From positions 25,473-89,472 of the forward strand of contig CAZJKH010000001.1 of the NCBI GenBank assembly GCA_964546735.1: DNA of 64,000 nt, in the 5' to 3' direction. The translations under genes and the position numbers were made by a program. The notes below the pieces were generated by a model, which searched no databases, was not told the origin of the DNA, and saw nothing but the letters and a program-made list of their open reading frames with translations. Within the stretch, counting starts at the first letter, position 1, and every line of letters begins with the position of its first letter. This stretch comes from an uncultured Methylococcales bacterium (GTDB lineage: Bacteria > Pseudomonadota > Gammaproteobacteria > Methylococcales > Methylothermaceae). Below, in pieces: positions 21,547-30,288 of this stretch.

Positions 21547-21711
21547 CGATGCTTCCTTAAAAGTAAGCGGAAAATTATTTTTTATTATGACATTATTTCA
21601 TCGCCTTGAGACCCCTTTGCGGTGTGCAAGGACAGGTATCTAGGAGTTCGAACGAACGTGGGCCTAGATCATTTCGGGGGAATGGATGGTGAGTGACTTG
21701 GGTTGAGGCTT

Positions 21712-21753
21712 GCGTTTGGCAGAGTAAACGCAGTGAAAATCGTTATAATAACG
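21712..21753 (+). promoter_or_regulatory. Candidate operator and -10 region upstream of the BigR-like repressor gene
   Basis: Perfect inverted repeat CGTTAT-A-ATAACG (21741-21753) contains TATAAT (21744-21749), 60 nt before the ATG. A second inverted repeat GCGTTT-N8-AAACGC lies at 21712-21731. There is no good -35 hexamer. Confidence 0.3.
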
Positions 21754-21808
21754 CTGCAAGGGAGGGCTTAAAAGCGGGTTGGCTTGGTTGCTGGGGTAAC
21801 TCAGGTGT

Positions 21809-22120
21809 ATGGCAAGACAGTTGATCGTCTATGAGGCGGATGTCATTCATGCAGCCAGATGCTTGAAGGCTATGTCGCATCCATTGCGGTTAAAAATATT
21901 GTGCGCCTTGGGTAAGGGACCTGCGAGCGTGCAGGAAATCTTAGAGCAAGTGGGTACAACTCAAAGCAATGTTTCCCAACACCTAGCGGTTTTACGCGAA
22001 AAAGGAATTTTGACGTTCACCAAACAGGCCAACCGAGTCTATTACCGCATCGACGACCCGCGTACTTTACAATTGATCGAGATGATCCGATCGGTGTTTT
22101 GCGAGCATGGTAGGACCTGA
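21809..22120 (+). CDS. ArsR-family winged-helix repressor, BigR/SqrR-like two-cysteine type
   Basis: 103 aa with LKAMSHPLRLKILCAL and ...SVFCEH. Cys32 and Cys98 are 66 residues apart, and the recognition helix is QSNVSQHLAVLREKG. Confidence 0.75.
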   Translation: MARQLIVYEADVIHAARCLKAMSHPLRLKILCALGKGPASVQEILEQVGTTQSNVSQHLAVLREKGILTFTKQANRVYYRIDDPRTLQLIEMIRSVFCEHGRT

Positions 22121-22160
22121 TCTGACATCGATCTTTGAAACTTAAGAGACTTTAAAAACT

Positions 22161-22595
22161 ATGGAGCGTTTGTTTGAATTTGTCGGCAATCACCTGTATT
22201 TAGTCCTCGCGTTTGCTGCGGTGGCAGTGCTTTTGCTCCGCGATCTGGTAGAGAGTCTATTGCGCAAATACAAGCTCGCAACGCCGCTAGAGGCGGTGAT
22301 GCTGATCAACCAAGAAGATGCCGCTGTGGTGGATGTGCGTGAACCCCATGAGTGGTCTAAAGGCCATATCGTCAACGCCAAACTCATCCCGCTTGGGGAG
22401 CTGGAGAGGCGTCTTAGCGAACTGGAAGATTGGAAGTCCAAGCCGGTGATCGTGGTTTGCCAGTCCGGTACCCGCTCGCCTGTGGCCTGTAAAAAACTTG
22501 TTCAAGCGGGCTTCAAGCAGGTGTATCTGCTCAAGAACGGCATGCAGGCGTGGGAAGGCGCTAGCCTGCCGGTCACCAAACCCAAGCCAACTTAA
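22161..22595 (+). CDS. yibN: Membrane-anchored single-domain rhodanese (YibN-like sulfurtransferase)
   Basis: 144 aa with an N-terminal TM helix and a rhodanese domain whose active-site loop is CQSGTRS (Cys100). It lies upstream of secB-gpsA, as E. coli yibN does. Confidence 0.75.
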   Translation: MERLFEFVGNHLYLVLAFAAVAVLLLRDLVESLLRKYKLATPLEAVMLINQEDAAVVDVREPHEWSKGHIVNAKLIPLGELERRLSELEDWKSKPVIVVCQSGTRSPVACKKLVQAGFKQVYLLKNGMQAWEGASLPVTKPKPT

Positions 22596-22606
22596 AGGGC
22601 AACATC

Positions 22607-23062
22607 ATGGCTGATCAATCCCAAAAGCAATTTGCGATCCAAAAGCTTTACCTTAAGGATCTCTCTTTTGAAACCCCTAATTCGCCAGGGATTTTTACCC
22701 AGCGCTGGGAGCCCCAGGTAGAATTTAACCTGGAAAGCCGTGCCCAAATGCTCAAAGAGGATCTGTATGAGGTCGTCCTGACGGTCACCATCATCGTCAA
22801 ATTGGGACAGATGACGGCTTATCTGATCGAGGCTGCTCAGGCTGGAATTTTCTCCATCCAAGGGTTCAATCAGGAAGAGTTAGACCCCCTGCTTGGGATT
22901 TATTGTCCGAATATTCTGTTTCCTTATGCCCGGGAAGTGGTCTCGGATCTCTCCTTGAAAGGAGGATTTATGCCTATGCTTTTGCCGCCGGTGAATTTCG
23001 AGGCCATCTACGCCCAGAAAGTTAAGCATCAGGCCGGGTTTGAGACAGGTTTGCCCAACTGA
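22607..23062 (+). CDS. secB: Protein-export chaperone SecB
   Basis: 151 aa with FAIQKLYLKDLSFE.PN and LFPYARE motifs. Confidence 0.9.
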   Translation: MADQSQKQFAIQKLYLKDLSFETPNSPGIFTQRWEPQVEFNLESRAQMLKEDLYEVVLTVTIIVKLGQMTAYLIEAAQAGIFSIQGFNQEELDPLLGIYCPNILFPYAREVVSDLSLKGGFMPMLLPPVNFEAIYAQKVKHQAGFETGLPN

Positions 23063-23064
23063 AA

Positions 23065-24069
23065 ATGGAGCTTGCTACGGTTTGCGTGCTAGGGGCAGGC
23101 TCGTGGGGAACCGCGCTTGCTCATCTGATTGCCAATAACGGTTTGGCGGTCAGTTTGTGGGATATCGATCCTCAGCGGATCCAGGCGCTTGCCCATCACC
23201 AAAGCAATGAACGGTATCTACCGGGTTTTACGCTCTCTCCTACGATCGTGTTTGAAAGCGATCTTAGCCGGGCGGTCAAGGACCGGGATCTCATCCTGAT
23301 CACGGTGCCCAGTCATGCTTTCTCAGCTTGCCTGAAAAGCCTTCGGCCTTATCTTCCGCCTTCGCCTAAGATCGCCTGGGGAACTAAAGGGTTGGATCCA
23401 GCCAGCGGGCGCCTGTTGCATGAGGTGGCGCTCGAGATAGTAGGGGAGAAGAGTTATCTTGCCGCTTTGTCTGGACCAACTTTTGCACGTGAGGTCATGT
23501 TCCGTCTGCCGACTGCGATCACCGTCGCTGCGTTTGAAGCAACGTTTGCGGCGGCAGTGGCCAAGCTGCTCCATAACCAATTTTTCCGCGCTTATACCTC
23601 GAGCGATCTGATCGGGGTACAGCTGGGCGGAGCAGTCAAAAACGTACTGGCTATCGCCGCTGGGGTCTCCGATGGCATGGGATTTGGCGCCAATGCCCGG
23701 GCAGCGCTGATCACTCGTGGGTTAGCGGAGATGATCCGGTTGGGAGAAGCGTTGGGGGCGCAGCGCGAGACTTTTATGGGACTGGCTGGGGTAGGTGACT
23801 TGATCTTGACGGCGACCGATGATCAATCCAGGAACCGTAGGCTGGGATTGGGTCTGGGAAGAGGGCGGGCGGTCGCTGAGCTAAAAGCCGAGATTGGGCA
23901 GGAGATCGAAGGCATCCTAAGCGCCCGGCTGATCTGGCAATTGGCTAGAAGAGTAGGGGTTGAGATGCCCATCGTGGATCAGGTCTACGCCTTGCTTTAC
24001 GAGGGCGTATCGCCGCAAGAAGCGGTGCGCAACCTATTGCTCAGAGAGCGCAAGCCAGAAGCGTTTTAG
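23065..24069 (+). CDS. gpsA: NAD(P)H-dependent glycerol-3-phosphate dehydrogenase
   Basis: 334 aa with GAGSWGTALA and GAVKNVLAIAAG motifs. Confidence 0.9.
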   Translation: MELATVCVLGAGSWGTALAHLIANNGLAVSLWDIDPQRIQALAHHQSNERYLPGFTLSPTIVFESDLSRAVKDRDLILITVPSHAFSACLKSLRPYLPPSPKIAWGTKGLDPASGRLLHEVALEIVGEKSYLAALSGPTFAREVMFRLPTAITVAAFEATFAAAVAKLLHNQFFRAYTSSDLIGVQLGGAVKNVLAIAAGVSDGMGFGANARAALITRGLAEMIRLGEALGAQRETFMGLAGVGDLILTATDDQSRNRRLGLGLGRGRAVAELKAEIGQEIEGILSARLIWQLARRVGVEMPIVDQVYALLYEGVSPQEAVRNLLLRERKPEAF

Positions 24070-24738
24070 CTGTTCGCACACAGGCAGCAAAGCGTGCTCC
24101 AAAGTCGCTTCTTCCTCCGGCGAAACCAGGGGGACAGGATACACCGGTACCTGGCTGAAGTTACGGAGATCTTCCAAATTATCCATCGGCGAGGGCTCAG
24201 GTCGGGTTCGGTTCAAAACGACGGCTACCGGATGGAGCCCCCGCCTTGTCACCGCTTCCAGGGTCGTCAACGCTTGATGGATGACCCCTAACCGGTCAGC
24301 GGCCACCACCAGGACGGGAAAACCGAGCGCCTGGGCGAGATCGGCGTTGAGGGCGGAAGAAGCGATCGGCGAGTAAAACCCCCCTGCCCCCTCTACCAGC
24401 ATTAAGCCTTTGCCCGGCGGCCGACAGGCTTGGATCAATTGGTAGAGGGTGAGCATTTGCCCGCTCAGACGGGCAGCGCGTTCGGGAGAGACAGCGGCCG
24501 CAAACCGGTACGGGCAGACAATTTCAAGCGGCTCTAGCGCGCCGGCAGCAAGATGCAAGAGGTGCGCATCTTGAGGGATGAGGCCTGCTTCAGTGCGTAG
24601 ACAGCCGGTCTCGACCGGTTTGCGCGCGAAGACCTCCTGACCCTGGCGCTTAAACAGGCGTGCCAAGGCCGCCCCGATGCGAGTTTTGCCTACCCCGGTG
24701 TCGGTACCGGTGATGAATAAGCCGGCAAAGTCAAGCAT
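24034..24738 (-). CDS. bioD: Dethiobiotin synthase
   Basis: P-loop TGTDTGVGKT. Start trimmed to the ATG at 24738, which overlaps the moeA stop by 8 nt. The 3' end overlaps the convergent gpsA by 36 nt. Confidence 0.85.
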   Translation of the reverse strand: MLDFAGLFITGTDTGVGKTRIGAALARLFKRQGQEVFARKPVETGCLRTEAGLIPQDAHLLHLAAGALEPLEIVCPYRFAAAVSPERAARLSGQMLTLYQLIQACRPPGKGLMLVEGAGGFYSPIASSALNADLAQALGFPVLVVAADRLGVIHQALTTLEAVTRRGLHPVAVVLNRTRPEPSPMDNLEDLRNFSQVPVYPVPLVSPEEEATLEHALLPVCEQLKRFWLALSEQ

Positions 24739-25987
24739 CCAGCCAAGGCGTAAAAGGTTCAACCATCACCCATTCCCCGGCGCGTACCCCAGTGCTTTCT
24801 GCTGGCAGGACGATAAAGCAGTTTGCCTGAGTGAGCGCGGCGAGCTGGTGGGATCCTTGGCCGGCTAGCCCGGTGACGGTCAAGCGGCCGTGTTCGTCCA
24901 GATCTAGCCTGCCACGCTGAAACTCCAGCCGCCCTTTGGTCTTGATCAGATCGTTTTGGCAGACCGCATTGAGCCTAAGCGGTTTAAACTCGGCCAAACC
25001 GGCAAGTTTCCAGAGCGCCGGGCGCACGATTTGGGTAAAACCGACGTGCACCGAAACCGGATTGCCCGGCAGGCCAAAATACCAAGCCCGGCCTATCTGG
25101 CCGAAGATCAAGGGCTTACCTGGCTTGATCGCGATCTGCCACAGTTTAAGCTGGCCGACCTCAGCAACTGCCCGGGGCAGCCAATCGGCTTCACCTACCG
25201 AGGCTCCCCCGGAGCTGATAATGAGGTCAAAGCTTTGGCCTGCCTCGCACAGCAAAGCGGTCAGCTGGCTAAGATCGTCAGGCACGCTGCCGAGGTCGCA
25301 GGCGAAGACGGGAAACTCGGTCAATAGCCCGTGCAGGCTGTAACGATTGCTGTCGTAAATTTGACCCACCGCCAGCACTTCGTCTAGCCCGCGCAGTTCA
25401 TCGCCGCTAGAAAAATAAGCCACGCGCGGCTTTTGCAAAACCCGCACGGTGGCGATGCCTAAAGCTGCCAGCAGCCCTAAGCTGGCTGCCTTGAGGATAG
25501 CCCCTCGCGCCAATACCGTCTGGCCGCAGCGGACATCGCTGCCTGGTAGGCGAATATTTTCCCCCGGCTCAGGCAGACGTTTGAGACGGATAGTTTCACC
25601 TTCCCGGATGACTTCCTCTTGCATGATCACCGCTGTGGCCCCTTGAGGCACAGCGGCTCCGGTGAAGATGCGCGCTGCGGTGGCAGCTCCAAGTCGGCCT
25701 AAGTAAGGGTGACCTGCCAAGCTTGTCCCGAGCATTGGCAGCGCTTGCGCCTGCTGCTGACGGTTAGTGCCATCGAGATTGACGGCGTAACCGTCTACGC
25801 TTGAGTTGGCAAACGGGGGAAGATCCAGCGGCGCCTCAACTGGGTCGGCGAGGATCCGTCCTAAGGCAGACTTGAGGGTGACCTGCTCGCAGGCGTCGAT
25901 GGGAGAGATAGTGGCCAGGATTTTTTCAAGTGCAGCGTCTAGGCTGAGTAAGCTGCTCTGGCATGGATCAACGGGAGAGGAAGTCAT
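24731..25987 (-). CDS. moeA: Molybdopterin molybdotransferase
   Basis: MoeA domain pattern (SPIDACE, SSVDGYA, SGGASVGE.D, PGNPVS). Start trimmed to the ATG at 25987; the ORF extension to 26152 runs through the mobB 3' end. Confidence 0.85.
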   Translation of the reverse strand: MTSSPVDPCQSSLLSLDAALEKILATISPIDACEQVTLKSALGRILADPVEAPLDLPPFANSSVDGYAVNLDGTNRQQQAQALPMLGTSLAGHPYLGRLGAATAARIFTGAAVPQGATAVIMQEEVIREGETIRLKRLPEPGENIRLPGSDVRCGQTVLARGAILKAASLGLLAALGIATVRVLQKPRVAYFSSGDELRGLDEVLAVGQIYDSNRYSLHGLLTEFPVFACDLGSVPDDLSQLTALLCEAGQSFDLIISSGGASVGEADWLPRAVAEVGQLKLWQIAIKPGKPLIFGQIGRAWYFGLPGNPVSVHVGFTQIVRPALWKLAGLAEFKPLRLNAVCQNDLIKTKGRLEFQRGRLDLDEHGRLTVTGLAGQGSHQLAALTQANCFIVLPAESTGVRAGEWVMVEPFTPWLDA

Positions 25988-26477
25988 GCAGGATAAACTT
26001 GCAGATCGCTTGCGGCTGGTTGAGATCGAGCACAGGGAGTGGGCAGGAAAGCGGCGTGTCGGTGGCCAAAGCAATGATATGGGGATCGTTGGGATAAAGA
26101 AGTGGTTTACCCAAGGCCGGACGATGGAGTTCGATTTTAGGAATCGGCTCACGCTTGAAGCCCTCGACTAAAATCAAGTCGAGGTCGCTTGTAACGAGAA
26201 AATCGAGCTGATCGGCCAGCCTGACCTCGCCTTGATCTGGATATTCGTAAATGATTGCCCGCCGTCGGCTAGAGACGACCATCACGGGACTTGCGCCTGC
26301 CTGGCGCAACAGGTAGCTATCTTTGCCCGGTTGATCGAGGTCGAAGCGGTGGTGAGCGTGTTTGATCAAGCCGACTTTTAACCCGTGGCGCTTAAGCTGG
26401 GGGATCAGTTGGGTCAGCAAAGTCGTTTTACCGGTGCCGCTGAAGGCAGCAAAACCGAGCACAGGCGGATGGGTCAT
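25968..26477 (-). CDS. mobB: Molybdopterin-guanine dinucleotide biosynthesis adapter protein
   Basis: 169 aa with P-loop FSGTGKTTL and LILVEGFK motifs. Confidence 0.85.
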   Translation of the reverse strand: MTHPPVLGFAAFSGTGKTTLLTQLIPQLKRHGLKVGLIKHAHHRFDLDQPGKDSYLLRQAGASPVMVVSSRRRAIIYEYPDQGEVRLADQLDFLVTSDLDLILVEGFKREPIPKIELHRPALGKPLLYPNDPHIIALATDTPLSCPLPVLDLNQPQAICKFILHDFLSR

Positions 26478-27484
26478 TAGTAGCTGTAATACTCCTTATA
26501 CCAAGCGACGAAACGGGCGATGCCGACTTCAATCGGGGTCGAAGGAGCGTAACCTACCGCTTGCCTCAGATCGGTCACGTCTGCGAAGGTTTCAGGCACA
26601 TCGCCTGGTTGCATCGGCAGGAAGTTTTTTTTAGCTGGGATACCTAAAGCTTCTTCTAAGACCTCGATGAAGCGCAGTAGTTCTACCGGTTGGTGGCAGC
26701 CGAGGTTATACAGCCGATAAGGCGCGTGGCTTGTGCCTGGGTCTGGGCAATCGCCAGACCAATCCGGGTTAGGCTGAGCCGGCCGGTCCAGTACACGCAC
26801 GATGCCTTCGACGATATCGTCGATATAGGTGAAATCGCGTTTGTGCTTGCCATAGTTGTAAACATCGATGGGTTTGCCTTCGAGGATATTTTGGGTGAAC
26901 TTGAACAGCGCCATATCCGGCCGCCCCCAGGGGCCATAGACGGTGAAAAACCTAAGGCCAGTGGTGGGCAGGCCGTAGAGATGGCTGTAGGTATGCGCCA
27001 TCAATTCATTGGCCTTCTTGGTGGCAGCATACAGGCTAAGCGGATGGTCTACGTGGTGATGGACCGAGAACGGCATCTTGGTATTGGCCCCATAGACGGA
27101 ACTAGAGGAGGCATAGACCAAGTGCTCTACCTCGAAATGGCGGCACGCCTCGAGCAGGTTGCCAAAACCGACGAGGTTACTGTCGATGTAGCTGAACGGG
27201 TTCTCGAGCGAATAACGCACCCCTGCTTGCGCGGCAAGATTGACTACTCGCTTGGGGCGGAACCGGCGAAAGGTTTCGGTGATCGCTTGCCTATCCTCTA
27301 GGCTGACGCGGATCTCGGTAAACCCAGATCTTGCTTTGAGCCGGGCCAGGCGGGCCTGCTTTAGGCGGACGTCGTAGTAATCGTTGAGATTGTCGATGCC
27401 GATGACCTCGTCGCCGCGGTCAAGGAGTTGGTGGGCTAAGAAAGAACCGATAAACCCGGCTGTGCCGGTGACCAATACTCTCAT
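26477..27484 (-). CDS. NAD-dependent nucleotide-sugar epimerase (UDP-glucuronate 4-epimerase-like SDR)
   Basis: 335 aa with GTAGFIGS, a YxxxK site (YAATKKANE), and a [13 protein letters not shown]-terminus typical of UDP-GlcA epimerases. Confidence 0.8.
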   Translation of the reverse strand: MRVLVTGTAGFIGSFLAHQLLDRGDEVIGIDNLNDYYDVRLKQARLARLKARSGFTEIRVSLEDRQAITETFRRFRPKRVVNLAAQAGVRYSLENPFSYIDSNLVGFGNLLEACRHFEVEHLVYASSSSVYGANTKMPFSVHHHVDHPLSLYAATKKANELMAHTYSHLYGLPTTGLRFFTVYGPWGRPDMALFKFTQNILEGKPIDVYNYGKHKRDFTYIDDIVEGIVRVLDRPAQPNPDWSGDCPDPGTSHAPYRLYNLGCHQPVELLRFIEVLEEALGIPAKKNFLPMQPGDVPETFADVTDLRQAVGYAPSTPIEVGIARFVAWYKEYYSY

Positions 27485-28758
27485 AGCCGTCCGTCTACGC
27501 TGGCAGCCGGTAGGATGCCTTTGACGTCGAAGAGCACCGCCCCCGGTTTGCCCAGCGCCCGGATCTTTTCTGCGCCCATTTGCCGGAATTGGTCGTGGGC
27601 GGTGGCGATAATGATCGCATCGTACCGCCCAGGCACTAGCTGATCGAGCAATTCGATCCCAAATTCTTGTTTGACCTCATCCGGATAAGCCCAAGGGTCG
27701 TAGACCTCGACGTTGGCGTGGTAGGTCTTAAGCTCTAAGATCATATCGATCACCCGAGTATTGCGGATATCGGGGCAGTTTTCCTTAAACGTGATCCCTA
27801 AGATTAAAACGTTGGATTGGCAAACGCGGATGCGGCGTTGGTTCATCAGTTTGACCGCCCGCGCGACCACGTATTCACCCATGGCGTCGTTGATGCGCCG
27901 CCCGGCCAGAATGATCTCCGGGTGGTGGCCGATTTCTTGCGCCTTGTGGGTTAGATAATAAGGATCGACGCCGATGCAATGCCCACCCACCAGCCCTGGC
28001 CGAAACGGCAGAAAATTCCACTTACTGCCAGCGGCTTCCAATACTTCCAGGGTATCTAGGCCCAGTTTGTGGAATAACATCGCCAGTTCATTGATCAGGG
28101 CGATATTGACGTCACGCTGAGTGTTTTCGATCGCTTTCGCCGCTTCGGCGACCCTGATGCTGCTGGCTTTATGGGTGCCAGCTGGGATAATGCTTTTATA
28201 GAGCTGATTGACGAATTCTGCGGTCTCTGGCGTCGAGCCTGAGGTGACTTTGACGATGGTCGTCAGCCGGTGTGCTTTATCGCCAGGATTGATGCGCTCA
28301 GGGCTGTAACCGACATAGAAGTCGCGGTTAAACGTCAGCCCCGACGCCTGGGCGAGAATCGGTACACAGACTTCTTCGGTAGCGCCGGGATAGACGGTCG
28401 ATTCGTAGATCACCACATCTCCCGGTTTAAGCAGCCTGCCCACGGTGCGGCTAGCGTTAGTCAATGGCCCTAAATCTGGGCGCTTGTTGCGGTCGATGGG
28501 GGTAGGGACGGTGACGATGAAGACGTTGCACTGGGCCAGATCTTGGGGATCGGAGGTAAACTTGAGGCGCTCGGCGCGCTTGAGTTCTTCAGCTTCTACC
28601 TCGCGGGTACGGTCAATGCCGCGCCTTAATTCTTCAATCCGCTGCTGGTTGATGTCTAAGCCGATGGTCTCGTAACTACGCCCGAACGCCACGGCCAAGG
28701 GCAGCCCCACATAGCCCAGGCCGATGATCCCGAGTTTGACGTTGTTCAAGGGTAGCAT
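27481..28758 (-). CDS. UDP-sugar 6-dehydrogenase (UDP-glucose/GDP-mannose dehydrogenase family, TviB/WbpO-like size)
   Basis: 425 aa with a [10 protein letters not shown] Rossmann motif and catalytic GGHCI. Its stop overlaps the epimerase start (ATGA). Confidence 0.85.
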   Translation of the reverse strand: MLPLNNVKLGIIGLGYVGLPLAVAFGRSYETIGLDINQQRIEELRRGIDRTREVEAEELKRAERLKFTSDPQDLAQCNVFIVTVPTPIDRNKRPDLGPLTNASRTVGRLLKPGDVVIYESTVYPGATEEVCVPILAQASGLTFNRDFYVGYSPERINPGDKAHRLTTIVKVTSGSTPETAEFVNQLYKSIIPAGTHKASSIRVAEAAKAIENTQRDVNIALINELAMLFHKLGLDTLEVLEAAGSKWNFLPFRPGLVGGHCIGVDPYYLTHKAQEIGHHPEIILAGRRINDAMGEYVVARAVKLMNQRRIRVCQSNVLILGITFKENCPDIRNTRVIDMILELKTYHANVEVYDPWAYPDEVKQEFGIELLDQLVPGRYDAIIIATAHDQFRQMGAEKIRALGKPGAVLFDVKGILPAASVDGRL

Positions 28759-28780
28759 ACCACTCCCTTAAATTATGCCC

Positions 28781-28853
28781 ATGCTAAAAATAGCATAGCG
28801 GATTTGTACTTTAACAGGTAAGGTACAAAAACTTTTGTACTTAAATTTTGTCC
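28781..28853. promoter_or_regulatory. Repeat cluster in the divergent intergenic region between the sugar dehydrogenase operon and the PEP-CTERM sugar transferase
   Basis: ATGCTA-AAAA-TAGCAT palindrome (28781-28796). TTTGTAC occurs at 28803 and 28834, 31 bp apart, with an inverted copy GTACAAA at 28823 and a degenerate TTTGTCC at 28847. Confidence 0.3.
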
Positions 28854-28907
28854 AGGCGAAAGCTAGTCTATCCTAGCACGGCAGAACGACTTTGGATAAG
28901 GGATGTC

Positions 28908-30287
28908 ATGATCCGGATTTTTCGCAACTATGTCTCTACTGCCTATTTGAGCTTGATGCTGGTGGAGTTGGCGGCCTATTTCTCTGCGATCTTTATCGGC
29001 GCTCATCTGCGTTTCCTGCGCGCGGAAGGTTGGCAGGCAGATTCCGATTGGTGGATCACTGCCTTGCTGTTTGCCCTGACGATGGTGAGTTTGAATGCCA
29101 GCGTCGGGCTATATCAGCGTACTACTCAGCAGGGAAGTTTGATCAACCTGCTGCGCCTGAGTATAAGCTTTATGCTCGCCGCAGTGGTGATGAGCCTGAT
29201 TTTTTATGCTTTCCCGGGGTTATTCGTAGGTCGCGGAATCTTTGGCTTTGCGTTCTTGTTTTCCCTCTTTGCGACCGCATTGGTCCGCTATTTGTTTTAC
29301 CAGTTCATCGACAGCCAGCGTTTAAAGCGTCGGGTATTGGTGCTGGGCGCTGGCAACCTCGCCTGTCAAATCCTACAGTTCGGCAAGAACTTTCCCAATC
29401 TGACTTTGGTTGGATTTGTGCCGATGGGAAATGACCCTTGCCAGGTAGGCTCTGAACGCTTGATCGATCTAGATGTTCCTTTGCGCGAGCTGGCCGAACG
29501 CGAAGATATCGACGAAATCGTAGTCGCTCTCGACGATCGGCGAAGTAGATTGCCAGTAGATGAAATTTTGGACTGCAAAATGCAGGGGATAGAAGTGGTG
29601 GAATTATTGACCTTTTTCGAGCGCGAGGCAGGGATCATCAAGATCGATTGCTTGTATCCGAGCTGGCTGGTGTTTTCCGATGGGTTTAAACTGCAAAGCA
29701 GCCTGGTGGTCAAACGCTTGTTCGACATCGCTGCCAGCCTGGCACTGTTGGCGGTGGCTTGGCCAGTGATGCTGCTGACTGCAGCTGCGATCTGGATCGA
29801 ATGCCGGGGCAAACATCCGATTCTTTACCGACAGACCCGGGTAGGCGAAGGTTGGAAGTGTTTTCAGCTGATCAAGTTTCGCAGCATGCGCCCGGATGCT
29901 GAAAAAGACGGGGCGCGCATGGCTTTGCCCAACGATGACCGAATCACCCCCGTTGGGCGGTTTATCCGCAAAACGCGGCTAGACGAGCTGCCGCAGCTTT
30001 GGAACGTCCTCAAAGGCGAGATGAGCTTCGTCGGGCCGCGTCCCGAGCGACCCGAATTTGTAGACAAGTTTGCCGAGACCATCCCCTACTATGCCGAGCG
30101 CCTTAGAGTCAAGCCTGGGATCACCGGCTGGGCCCAAGTGCGCTATGCTTATGCGGAGAATGAACAAGACACGCTCGAAAAGCTGCAATACGATTTGTAT
30201 TACGTCAAAAACTACAGCTTATTCTTGGACTTTTTGATCCTGTTCCAGACGGTGGAAGTCGTCCTGTGGGGCAAGGGGGCGCGTTGA
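28908..30287 (+). CDS. PEP-CTERM-system-associated undecaprenyl-phosphate sugar transferase (EpsB/WcaJ bacterial sugar transferase family)
   Basis: N-terminal TM block beginning MIRIFRNYV, a central Rossmann-like domain, and a C-terminal sugar transferase domain (RPDAEK, DELPQLWNVLKGEMSFVGPRP, GITGWAQV). Start placed at the ATG at 28908; the ORF opens at a TTG at 28848. Confidence 0.8.
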   Translation: MIRIFRNYVSTAYLSLMLVELAAYFSAIFIGAHLRFLRAEGWQADSDWWITALLFALTMVSLNASVGLYQRTTQQGSLINLLRLSISFMLAAVVMSLIFYAFPGLFVGRGIFGFAFLFSLFATALVRYLFYQFIDSQRLKRRVLVLGAGNLACQILQFGKNFPNLTLVGFVPMGNDPCQVGSERLIDLDVPLRELAEREDIDEIVVALDDRRSRLPVDEILDCKMQGIEVVELLTFFEREAGIIKIDCLYPSWLVFSDGFKLQSSLVVKRLFDIAASLALLAVAWPVMLLTAAAIWIECRGKHPILYRQTRVGEGWKCFQLIKFRSMRPDAEKDGARMALPNDDRITPVGRFIRKTRLDELPQLWNVLKGEMSFVGPRPERPEFVDKFAETIPYYAERLRVKPGITGWAQVRYAYAENEQDTLEKLQYDLYYVKNYSLFLDFLILFQTVEVVLWGKGAR

Positions 30288-30288
30288 G

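Noticed and set aside
26690-27301. 203-aa plus-strand ORF opposite the epimerase gene
   Set aside because: It is a shadow ORF. The minus-strand frame carries clear SDR motifs (GxxGxxG, YxxxK), whereas this frame has none.
28871-28890. Possible sigma-54 promoter (…TAGCACGGCAGAACG…) upstream of the PEP-CTERM sugar transferase
   Set aside because: It lacks both the GG of the -24 element (AGCAC rather than TGGCAC) and a TTGC -12 element at the right spacing.
28892-29434. 180-aa alternative-frame ORF overlapping the 5' part of the PEP-CTERM sugar transferase gene
   Set aside because: It is on the same strand in a different frame, and its translation is Cys/Arg/Gly/Leu-rich with no motifs. The annotated frame gives coherent TM helices.
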